Source: Spirochaetales bacterium (GTDB lineage Bacteria > Spirochaetota > Spirochaetia > JABEVK01). Taken from it: a DNA stretch of 64,000 nt. The position numbers and the translations under genes are program-made. This document shows, in pieces, positions 40,588 through 49,454 of this stretch. The notes under the pieces were generated by a model. The model did no database searches. It saw only the letters and a program-made list of their open reading frames with translations, and had not been told where the DNA came from. Within the stretch, counting starts at the first letter, position 1. Each line of letters opens with the position of its first letter. The stretch is taken from positions 1-64,000 of the forward strand of contig JBAXAI010000011.1 of NCBI GenBank assembly GCA_037142615.1. Reading direction: 5' to 3'.

Positions 40588-41139
40588 TCAGGGCCGCTTT
40601 TGAGAGAATACCGACTCGGGTCGGGTGTACACAACGCTCAGGCTCGCCTCGGCGAGAACACGGCCCCTCATAGCGTCGAGCAGCACCTGTCGCGTCACCC
40701 GCGAAGAGGGAACCGCCGGTTCGATCGTCGACGAAAGGGCGTACAGCGTCAGCACGTACGTCTTGGGACCAGGGCCCTTCGACATCGGAGGAGCGTACGA
40801 GGGAAGATCATTTTCGTTGTTCTTCCCCCACTCGCCAAGGTCTTTTTGGCCAGACGCCAAGCCCGTGGCGGAGGCAGGGAGGTTGTACAGATTCCAGTAC
40901 TCTTTGATGAGCCCCTGAGGATCGACGTGGTGCATGATGAGCGCCAGCGACTTCGTTCCCGAGGGAACGCCTGACCAGCGGAGCGGCGGCGATGAGCCGG
41001 AGCCGTCGCCGGTGAACTCAGCCGGGAGAGCGCCACCGTCGGAAACCACGGGACTTGAAAGCTGGAACGGCGACTGGGCCGACAGCGCGAGCGAAGGCAG
41101 GAGCAAGAGCAAGAGCGCAGTGACGCGAGGAAGTGTCAT
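40588..41139 (-). CDS. YbhB/YbcL (PEBP/Raf kinase inhibitor-like) exported protein
   Basis: SPPLRW, KSLALIM, YAPP, YVLTLYAL; signal peptide. Confidence 0.85.
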   Translation of the reverse strand: MTLPRVTALLLLLLPSLALSAQSPFQLSSPVVSDGGALPAEFTGDGSGSSPPLRWSGVPSGTKSLALIMHHVDPQGLIKEYWNLYNLPASATGLASGQKDLGEWGKNNENDLPSYAPPMSKGPGPKTYVLTLYALSSTIEPAVPSSRVTRQVLLDAMRGRVLAEASLSVVYTRPESVFSQKRP

Positions 41140-41170
41140 GAAACCCTCCGTCACCAAGCTACCACGCCTG

Positions 41171-41210
41171 TGTCGCACGGCCATCGGAGTTGTGTCGCAC
41201 GTTGGTCGCA
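41171..41210 (-). promoter_or_regulatory. TGTCGCA-like direct repeats at 11-bp period (putative OmpR-family boxes)
   Basis: tgtcgca 41171, catcgga 41182, tgtcgca 41193, ggtcgca 41204; same layout at 46327-46366. Confidence 0.6.
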
Positions 41211-41217
41211 GGCCCGC

Positions 41218-41622
41218 CTAGCTGAGGTCGGTCTCCCAGGATTCGGCAAGGGGCACCATCGCCCGCCGCCCCGAAATGATGGGATACTGCCCCAGGTTCT
41301 GGCTGCGGAACACCAACACCGCCAAGCCCAATCCAATGATGACTCCTGCCACGGTGAACCAGGTTCCGACGAGCAGGCCGACCAGCGCCAGCACGCCCGG
41401 CAAGACCAAAAACAGGCTGCCGGCGAGCATCATACGTCCCAGTCCGTCGGAAATATCGACCGCTTCGCCTGGCTGAAGGTCCAGATGGTAGGGATTGCTG
41501 ACCTCCATCCGCACTGACATCACCGAGCAACAAGCCGCACCGCCTCCGGGAGGAGTGTCCTCCCCTACCGACACGAGCACTTTTTCCACTCCGGGTTCGA
41601 TGACGCAGGCTTCTCGATTCAT
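41218..41622 (-). CDS. RseC/MucC-like membrane protein
   Basis: N-terminal beta segment with Cys pair, L.PGEAVDI, two C-terminal TMs. Confidence 0.55.
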   Translation of the reverse strand: MNREACVIEPGVEKVLVSVGEDTPPGGGAACCSVMSVRMEVSNPYHLDLQPGEAVDISDGLGRMMLAGSLFLVLPGVLALVGLLVGTWFTVAGVIIGLGLAVLVFRSQNLGQYPIISGRRAMVPLAESWETDLS

Positions 41623-41650
41623 AGCACTTCCTTCTCGAGGAACAGGGCGA

Positions 41651-43039
41651 CTAGATGAACAGGGTCGCGCGGCTCGAGTCAGCGGCTTCGAGCATCGTGG
41701 CCACACCGCCGGATTCGACGCCGTCCACCAGTTCTTCCATTGTGACGCCCATGACGTCCATGCTCATGTTGCAGGCCACGAGACGCACGCCACTCTGAAT
41801 GGCACTGTCGAGCATTTCCTGCAGACTGTCAATCTTGAGGCTCTTCATGCGGCCCTTCATCATCCAGCTGCCCATGCCCACCATATGGAGTTTCGACAGC
41901 GCGAGCTTGTGAAGGCTGCTTGGCATCATCAGGCCGAACATGAGCCCGAGGAAGTCCTTCTTGGCCAACCCCATGAGGGACAGACCTCCGACGACAGCAA
42001 ACGGCGACCACCCCGGACCCACGAATGCCAAAACCAGCAACCCCCCTGCGCCGACGAACAAACCCATGGTCGAGAGTTTCACCGAACCCCAGCGGTCGGA
42101 AAGTTTACCGCTGAGGGGTGACACCAGCGCCATCGTGATGGGAAACGCCATCATCGCCAGGCCCGTGACCGCTGGGCTCCAGCCCTGCACCACCTGGAAG
42201 TAGAACGGGACCAGCACGGTGGGCGTGTAGAGCGCCAAGAAGGCGACCAGCGAAAGGATCCACGGCGACGAAAACTTCGGGTTCGCAAAAAGCTCCAGGC
42301 GGAGAATCGGGTGCTTGGCACGACGCTCCCACAGCAAAAAGGCCCCCAAGAGCGCGGCGGCCAACAGCTCGAACGCCCAACCCGAAGCCAGACCCAAACC
42401 AAACGCGACGATCGCCGTGGCGAGGAGCGCAGCGCCCAACCAGTCCAGGGCGAACTTCGTGTGGGCCACTTTGGCGTCGTGGGGGATGTTGAGCGCCGAA
42501 GCCAGCCAACCGCCGGCCGCAACCGCCGCCGAAAGGTAGAACACGCTGCGCCAACCGGCCGCGCCAATCAGAAGGCCGCCCAGCGCTGGTCCCACGATGC
42601 TCCCCAGGGCTCCCACGGTGGTGAGCAAACCCAGATTGCGTCCGCGCTGCGACGCCGGGTGATGTTCGGTAGCCAGGGCCATCCCGTTGGCAATGATCAT
42701 GGCGCCGCCCAAACCCTGAAGGATGCGCGAAACCACGAGCACCGGCAAATTGGGCGCCCACGTGCTCAACAGGGAAAAAACGGACAGCACCAAGAAGCCG
42801 AGGTTGAAGATCTTTTTGCGGCCGATTTGGTCGGCGAGGCTGCCGAGCAGGGGCAAGAGCGCCGAGATCGACAGCAGGTACACCGAGGCGACCCATTGGA
42901 TGCCGCCCGGCGTGGTGTGAAACTCGGCGGCCATCGAGGGAAGGCCCACGTTGACAATGCCGGCGTCGAGCATCGACAGAAAGGGCCCAAACATGATGGT
43001 GGGCAGAATCCAGCGGTTGACAGCTTTCTCTTCAGGCAT
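41651..43039 (-). pseudogene. chimeric ORF: truncated MFS copy 2 fused in frame to the C-terminal part of a DsrE/F-like domain
   Basis: Matches MFS copy 1 to LSLMG (~41970), then LSKLHMVGMG...LVACNMSMDVMG...GGVAT...TLFI. Confidence 0.75.
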
Positions 43040-43088
43040 GGACTTCTCCTTGGCAAGAATATAATATATATCCTATATAGGAGAAACA

Positions 43089-43466
43089 ATGAAGTACTTG
43101 CCCCTGCTTGTCCTGTTTCTGTTGCCGCTGGGTCTCATTGCCCAGGCGAAGATCGACGAACCGGCGCTCAAGGCCCTGCTGGCGAAGGACAAATCCGCCC
43201 TCGTCCTTGATGTGCGCACGGCCGAAGAGTACGCCGCTGGCCACCTCGAAAAGGCTCTTCTGCTCCCCTTTGACGCCATCGACGCCAAGACTGCGGCCCA
43301 GTTCATTCCCAAGAAGACCACCAAAGTGGTGCTGTACTGCCATTCCGGACGGCGCAGCGGTCTGGCAGCCCAGACCCTGAAGGATCTGGGCTACACCAAC
43401 GTGCTCGACTTTGGTGCCCTGTCCAACTGGAAAGGAAAACTGGCGACAGGGGCACCGCCAAAGTAG
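43089..43466 (+). CDS. exported rhodanese-like protein, copy 2
   Basis: Paralogue of 36218-36607; YCHSGRRS intact. Confidence 0.9.
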   Translation: MKYLPLLVLFLLPLGLIAQAKIDEPALKALLAKDKSALVLDVRTAEEYAAGHLEKALLLPFDAIDAKTAAQFIPKKTTKVVLYCHSGRRSGLAAQTLKDLGYTNVLDFGALSNWKGKLATGAPPK

Positions 43467-43478
43467 AGCACACGACCG

Positions 43479-44895
43479 TTAGGGGTACGAAGTCAGTTCT
43501 GCGGCCGCGAGAGTTCCGAGCGCCGTTTCGACGGTGGAAAGCTGCGTTGCCGTCGCAGTATCGGGCAACGCGAAGCCGGGGGGGAGGTCGGCTGTGGTGC
43601 TCACCACGTACGAGGCTACACCGCTGCGGGTCTTTGTGGTGGAGTCCCACACCCAGAAGGTCTTGTTGTGCAGGGCATTTGACACTTCGAGGTCACCAAG
43701 CCAAGGAGCAAAGCTCAGCGGCGTGGTGCGCATGGTCGTGCCGGTCTGGGGCTTTTCGAGCCAGAACTGGTAGGTCGGCACCGACGTCGTCGAACCGTCG
43801 AGAGCCGTGACGGTTTCGGAGGCCTGTTCCTGCTGCCGGATCGCGTAGTTCAGCGCACTGAGGGTGCTGTCGAGCCTGAGGGTCTTGAGCGGGAACACCG
43901 AATGCTGGTAGTAGGTACCGCTGTCGCCCGTGTAGCCCGAAGCGGCCGCAGCGCTGTTGGTGAAGTCGAGACTGTAGGTGTAGTCGGTGTATCCGGTTCC
44001 GTCAGCCTTGCAGTTGCTGCCGTCGGACTCGGAGGTGAAGTACACGCGGTCGCCCACGGCCCAGGGTGAAGCGGTGCGGAAGACGACGATCCAAAGCACA
44101 AGTTCGTAGGCCCGGAGCTGGAAGGAGTCGGGCGGCGTGGTGGTATACAGCGACGGGTGGTCGTTGAGGTTGAGGAACTTTTGGTGGGCGCTCACGCCGT
44201 CGTCGAGCTTGTCGAGAAAGCCGAACTCGCTGCCCTTGGCCAGCACGCCACCCTGGTTGGCATCGCCCCAGGCCACGTTGAAGGTATCGGCCGATGCGAG
44301 TACGAACGAAGTTTCGCCCGAAGCCGTGGTCACCTTTTGGTACTGGCCGGTGGTCTGATTGGCAATGCTCTTGTCGTTGGTGACAGGGTCGAACACCACG
44401 GTCTGGCTGCCCGTCGTGGCGTCGTAGAGCCCGCGGAGCGAGAGCGTGAACACGGTTCCGACCGGATAAGTGTTGCCGTTACCGTCATCGCCGGCGACGG
44501 TAAGCGTTCGGGTTCCATAGAAGCTCACCTGAGCCACGAGGCTGGCCGGCGTGTTGGCCGACTTCAGAAGCAGGTGCAGGTAGTAGTTGTAGGTATCGGC
44601 CACGGCAGCGGCGCTCGAGTCGGGCAGGCGACAGTTGCCATCACCGGTGAAGTGCCACTTGATGTCGATCTGGTCGTAGTTGAGGGTGGTCAAGCCCGCC
44701 ATGCCCTGCTGAAACGCGGTCAGGATGTTGGAAAGCACGCTTTCGGCGAGCTCCTTTTGCATGCGGACGTAGCCTTCCGAGCGCACGCCGGGCAACGTGG
44801 CAGGATCGAGCGTCGAGACGTCGCCCGCCCAACGAACAGGAACCGAGTGCCAAGGTCAGCCCCAGAATCAAGGTAAGTCCCACGGATAACTTCAT
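43479..44895 (-). pseudogene. lipoprotein copy 2 with a frameshifting and several in-frame internal deletions
   Basis: Signal peptide ALGSC in ORF 44641-44895; body in ORF 43479-44795 lacks blocks present in copy 1. Confidence 0.8.
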
Positions 44896-44931
44896 TTATT
44901 ACTCCTTACCGATGACTCTAGCGAGGGATTG

Positions 44932-45814
44932 TCACAGTTCGGTGTAATCGGGTTCCAAAGTTGGTCGTGGCAGGGTGAACTCGATGGTCGTCCCGCGGCC
45001 TTCCTCGCTTTGCAGAATGAGCTCTCCGCCATGGGCCTGCACAAGCACGCGCACAATGCGGAGGCCGAGGCCGCTGTGGTGGTCGTCAGGGGTTCTCACG
45101 GCATCGGCGCGGTAGAAGGCCTCGCCCAGAAACGGCAGGTGTTGCGACGGAATGCCTCGTCCGGTATCGGCCACCGCCAGGGTCACCTGGGCTCCCACAG
45201 AGAACGCGAACGAGACCTTGGCTCCCCGCCCGGCGTGAGCAACGGCGTTCGATAGAAGGTTCTCCAAGATCTGGGCCAACCGGTCGGGGTCGGCCAGAAC
45301 GAACACCGGAGGGCCGGACGGTACGGGCAACAGTTCAATCTCAGCCGTCAGAGCCTGTTCGACGTAGACGGCTCGGCACCAGACCGCCAGTTCGCGGGCA
45401 TCGACCGTCTGGATGGCGAGCGGAACTCGTGCGCCACGTCAGCCAGAAACTGGCGGCGGGTCTGAGTTTCGCGCTCGAGCTCGCCAAGCTGCTGGGCGAC
45501 GCGATCACCACCGCCATCACAGCCGAAAGGGCGAGGTTCTTCGACTGCACGGCGATCTGTTCCTGCGAAAGCGGCTGGGGCCCCTCGCGCGAAGCGGTGT
45601 CGAGGGGGGGCGTGGTCGGCGTAACGGCGACCGGGGTCACAAGATCGGGCGCAGGCAGACGGGCCGGATACCCCATGAAGAACTCGGCCACCCCAAACAT
45701 GGGCTCGGCCATCGCCCGGCTGTAAAGTTCTGGATGGGCGGTCATCTCAGCACGGTACGACATGAGCTGACGGTAGGTGAGGTAGTGTTCCACACCGGCG
45801 CTGAGCACCCACGT
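44932..45814 (-). pseudogene. sensor kinase copy 2, fragmented
   Basis: Segments homologous to 38602-39897 in three pieces; N-terminus, HAMP and part of the DHp missing. Confidence 0.8.
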
Positions 45815-46294
45815 GGTAGGTCTCACCGTCACCCCACACCTGGTCGATCACCACCTGCCGGGTGTGAACGCGCTGGGGCGACTTGATCAAAGCGATTTCC
45901 AGCTGTAATTGGCCTGCACCAGCGGCACCTGCGGCGAGCGGCGCAGCAGGGCCCGGATGCGCGACACCACCTCGGCCGCCGAAAAAGGTTTGGTGACGTA
46001 ATCGTCGGCGCCTTTGTCGAGGGCACGGACCTTGTCGATTTCGCCATCGCGTGCCGACAACATGAGAATGGGAACCTGGGAACGTTTGCGCAGCCGCTCG
46101 CAAACCGTCACACCGTCGACCAAGGGCATCATGATGTCCAGAATCACGAGCGCGGGCTGGTCGGCCTCGAACCGGCGGAGCGCCTCGGCACCGTCGGCGG
46201 CGAGCAGCACTTCGAACCCTGCGGCTTCCAAATACCAGCTAAGGCCTTCGGCGAGGTCGGTGTTGTCATCAGCGACAAGGATGCGCTGGGTCAT
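45807..46294 (-). pseudogene. OmpR-family regulator copy 2, truncated
   Basis: REC domain nearly identical to copy 1; DNA-binding domain broken at ~45893 and ~45810. Confidence 0.8.
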
Positions 46295-46326
46295 GCGGCT
46301 CCCCCCCTGTCAAACTAACACGGAGG

Positions 46327-46366
46327 TGTCGCATGTGCATCGGAGTTTTGTCGCAGCTTTGTCACT
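46327..46366 (-). promoter_or_regulatory. TGTCGCA-like direct repeats, copy 2
   Basis: tgtcgca 46327, catcgga 46338, tgtcgca 46349, tgtcact 46360. Confidence 0.6.
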
Positions 46367-46390
46367 GAGCCTGATCGCCCAGGGTCCTGG

Positions 46391-46858
46391 CTAGCTGTGA
46401 CTCGACCCCTCGGCCACGAACCGTTCGTACTGCCCGAGCTCAAAGGCCTGCTGTGAGATCAGGCCGTCTTTCATCGTCAGCACGGCCTTGACGATGTCGC
46501 CGATCGACACGATACCGACGATTTTGCCGTTTTGTGTCACGGGAAGGTGGCGGAGGCGCCGTTCGGTCATCAGGTTCATGCAGTCCGAGAGTGAAGTCTT
46601 GGTTTCCACGTTGAACATTTCGGTCGACATCACTTCCCTGACGGTGGTGTTGTCGCAGTCTCGTCCCTTGAAGACGATTTTGCGCACCACATCACGCTCA
46701 GAAAAAAGGCCGCACACCTTGCCCGAGGCGTCGATGACCAGGAGGGCGCCGACGTTGCGCTCAACCATTTTTTCGAGCCCGCGGAACAGCGACACCTCGG
46801 GATCAATGCTCAGAACCTCGCTTCCTTTGGTGGCCAGAATGTCTTTGACAGTTTCCAT
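46391..46858 (-). CDS. CBS-domain protein
   Basis: NVGALLV, SERD, RHLPV, GIVSIGDIVK. Confidence 0.92.
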   Translation of the reverse strand: METVKDILATKGSEVLSIDPEVSLFRGLEKMVERNVGALLVIDASGKVCGLFSERDVVRKIVFKGRDCDNTTVREVMSTEMFNVETKTSLSDCMNLMTERRLRHLPVTQNGKIVGIVSIGDIVKAVLTMKDGLISQQAFELGQYERFVAEGSSHS

Positions 46859-46947
46859 AATCGCTCGTCCTCCTACCTGAGTTTAGGCTAGGCCCGCAGG
46901 TCCGAAACTGTCAACAAAGAAAACTTTACCCCCATCAACTATTTCTC

Positions 46948-46983
46948 TTGACAAATCAATCTTACAGTTCAACAATCGTTGAA
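46948..46983 (+). promoter_or_regulatory. promoter of mbx-like operon with overlapping inverted repeat
   Basis: TTGACA 46948-53, 17 nt, AACAAT; TTCAAC-aatc-GTTGAA at 46968-46983. Confidence 0.6.
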
Positions 46984-47024
46984 GTAATGAATTTCGTTGA
47001 TCATCCTTATGGAAAGGAGGCTTC

Positions 47025-47522
47025 ATGAAGTCCCTTTGGAGTCGTCTGGTCGCTGGTGCGGCCGTGATGCTGCTGTGGATCATGTTGACAAGTCCCGCCG
47101 GCGTTCAGGAGCTTGGCACCGCCGTGGTGCTGGGAATCCTGGCCGCAATTGTTCCGCTGCCGGGCAGGCAGGTGTGGGGTCAGATCCGCTTTATGCCCAA
47201 ACGCGTGGGGTACGCCTTCGTGTATTTCTTCGTCTTCTCGTGGGCGCTGCTCAAGAGCACGCTCGACGTCGCCTACCGCGTCGTGGCCCCCAGCCTGCCG
47301 ATCAATCCGGGGTTCGTCACGGTCAAAACCCGCCTCAAGAGCCCGCTGGGGCGCATGTTCCTGGCCAACTCGATCACGCTCACCCCGGGCACGATCACCG
47401 TCGATATCGACGGCGAAACGCTGGTGATCCATTGGATTTACCGGGGTACCGACGACATGGAAGTCGCCACCGCCGAGATCGTCGGAACCTTTGAAAAGTA
47501 CCTGGAGGTGATCTTTGACTGA
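47025..47522 (+). CDS. Mrp/MnhE-like subunit (MbxA)
   Basis: PINPGFV, LANSITLTPGT. Confidence 0.92.
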   Translation: MKSLWSRLVAGAAVMLLWIMLTSPAGVQELGTAVVLGILAAIVPLPGRQVWGQIRFMPKRVGYAFVYFFVFSWALLKSTLDVAYRVVAPSLPINPGFVTVKTRLKSPLGRMFLANSITLTPGTITVDIDGETLVIHWIYRGTDDMEVATAEIVGTFEKYLEVIFD

Positions 47523-47775
47523 CCTCATCCTTTCGATCGCCGGGGGCATCACTCTGCTCGCAATGGCCCTCACCATGGTGCGTTTTGTCGTTGGAAAAGG
47601 CTTCGTGAACCGCGTGGTGGCGCTCGACGTGCTCACCATCATGGCCGTGTCGGTGATCGTGATGCTGTCGTGGCTGCTCGGTCGCGTGTTGTACGTCGAT
47701 GTGGCCCTCGTCTATGGCGTGCTGAGTTTTCTCGGGGTCGTGGCCATCGCCCGTTACCTCGAAGGGGGCCTGTGA
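47515..47775 (+). CDS. MnhF-like subunit (MbxB)
   Basis: NRVVALD, DVALVYGVLSFLG. Confidence 0.9.
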   Translation: MTDLILSIAGGITLLAMALTMVRFVVGKGFVNRVVALDVLTIMAVSVIVMLSWLLGRVLYVDVALVYGVLSFLGVVAIARYLEGGL

Positions 47776-48128
47776 TGGATCTTTTTGGCGCCTTCCTTGT
47801 TTTGGCGGGTTCGCTGTTCTTTTTGCTCGCGAGCGTGGGGCTGCTGCGCATGCCCGACGTGTACAACCGCATGCAGGCCGGCACCAAGGCGACCACCCTG
47901 GGTTCGGTGCTGTTCCTTTCGGGCTTCGCCGTGCTGATGCCGTCGGTGTGGCCGAAAATCGTCGTGCTCATCGTGTTCCTGTTTGTCACAAACCCGCTGT
48001 CTTCGCACGCTCTGGCCCGGGCAGCCCGCAAGCGGGGTCTGGTGGCCGAGTTGGGTCCCGACAAAAAAGCGGTGCCTTCGAACGACGAGCTCATGAACTC
48101 TGAAAGCGCAGAAGGAGACGACGCATGA
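47775..48128 (+). CDS. MnhG-like subunit (MbxC)
   Basis: GLLRMPDVYNRMQAGTKATTLG, NPLSSHALARAA. Confidence 0.9.
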   Translation: MDLFGAFLVLAGSLFFLLASVGLLRMPDVYNRMQAGTKATTLGSVLFLSGFAVLMPSVWPKIVVLIVFLFVTNPLSSHALARAARKRGLVAELGPDKKAVPSNDELMNSESAEGDDA

Positions 48129-48388
48129 TCCTCGCTCTTGTCATCGTATTCGGCCTGATCATGGTGGGGGGTGCCGTGGCGGCGCTCTACACCAAAGACA
48201 TGGTCAGCGCCATCGTCGCCTCGGGCATCGTTTCGTTGCTCGCGAGCGTGCTCTACCTCGTGTACGGCGCCCCCGATGTGGCCATGACCGAAGCCGCCAT
48301 CGGCTCGGCGCTTACCACGGTCGTCTTTCTGTACGCCTGGAACCGCATCGTCAAGCAACGCCAGAAGGACAAGGAGGACCACAAATGA
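48125..48388 (+). CDS. DUF4040/MbxD-like subunit
   Basis: APDVAMTEAAIG. Confidence 0.88.
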   Translation: MILALVIVFGLIMVGGAVAALYTKDMVSAIVASGIVSLLASVLYLVYGAPDVAMTEAAIGSALTTVVFLYAWNRIVKQRQKDKEDHK

Positions 48389-49098
48389 TCAAGCGACTTC
48401 TGCTGATCGCCGTGTTCGCCGGCGTGGTCCTGAGCTTTTTGCCGCTGACGAGCCTTTTGCAGACCCGCACCGGAGTAACGTCCTTGGCGCAGCAGTATCT
48501 GAACCGCGCGCCGACCGACTACAACATCCCCAACATCGTTACCGCCATCGTCGTGAGCTACCGCGGCCTCGATACGCTGGGTGAGGTGACCGTGCTGTTC
48601 GCTGCCGCCGTGGGCGTCAGCCTGGCGCTGGGCTTCCGACGCAAAGCGCGGCCTGGCAAGGACGAACCCGTTCACGCCGAACCGACCAAAGTGCCCGCCT
48701 CCGAAATCTTGCAGACTGGCGCGGGCCTGTTGCTGCCGCTGATTCTGGCCTTTGGCGTGTACATCTTTTTGCACGGGCACCTCACTCCGGGTGGTGGCTT
48801 TCAAGGTGGCGTCGTGATCGCCTCGGGCCTGCTGCTGGCCCTTTTGGCCGGAACGTTCGCCGATGTGCCGCACGGACTGCTTCAGGTGCTCGAAATGCTC
48901 TCGGGCGCATCGTACGTGGCCATCGGCGCCCTCGGCCTGTGGTTGGGAGCCGGCTTCCTCGACCCGCGCTTTTTGCCCGCCGGTGAGTTTGGCCAGGTGT
49001 ACAGCTCGGGGGCCATCCCGCTGATCTACTCGTTGGTGGGCATCAAGGTGGGTTCCGAGCTCGCCACCGTCATCAGCGACCTCAGGAGGAACTCATGA
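48385..49098 (+). CDS. MnhB-like subunit (MbxE/F)
   Basis: NIVTAIVVSYRGLDTLGE, HGHLTPGGGFQGG. Confidence 0.9.
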   Translation: MIKRLLLIAVFAGVVLSFLPLTSLLQTRTGVTSLAQQYLNRAPTDYNIPNIVTAIVVSYRGLDTLGEVTVLFAAAVGVSLALGFRRKARPGKDEPVHAEPTKVPASEILQTGAGLLLPLILAFGVYIFLHGHLTPGGGFQGGVVIASGLLLALLAGTFADVPHGLLQVLEMLSGASYVAIGALGLWLGAGFLDPRFLPAGEFGQVYSSGAIPLIYSLVGIKVGSELATVISDLRRNS

Positions 49099-49454
49099 TC
49101 GGTCCCGCCCTGTTTGTCTTGGCCTTCGTCATCATGGCCATCGGCGTCTGGGGACTCCTCGTCCGCCGCAACATTTTCCGCATGATCATCGGCTTTTCGC
49201 TGCTCGACACCGGGGTTCACATTTTCATGGTGGCTGCCGGCTACCGTGAGGGGGGCACCGCTCCCATCGTCGACGCCCAGGCCACCGCTGCGCAAGTGGC
49301 CGCCAACGGTGTCGATCCCGTGCCGTCGTCGCTGGTGCTCACGGCCATCGTCATCGGCTTGGCCGTCACCGCGCTGATGCTGAGCTACGCGGTGCGTCTG
49401 CACGCAAGGTCAAAAAGCCTCATGGTCGACAAGAACAAGGAGCTGAAATGGTAA
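49095..49454 (+). CDS. MnhC/NuoK-like subunit (MbxG)
   Basis: DPVPSSLVLTAIVIG. Confidence 0.9.
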   Translation: MIGPALFVLAFVIMAIGVWGLLVRRNIFRMIIGFSLLDTGVHIFMVAAGYREGGTAPIVDAQATAAQVAANGVDPVPSSLVLTAIVIGLAVTALMLSYAVRLHARSKSLMVDKNKELKW

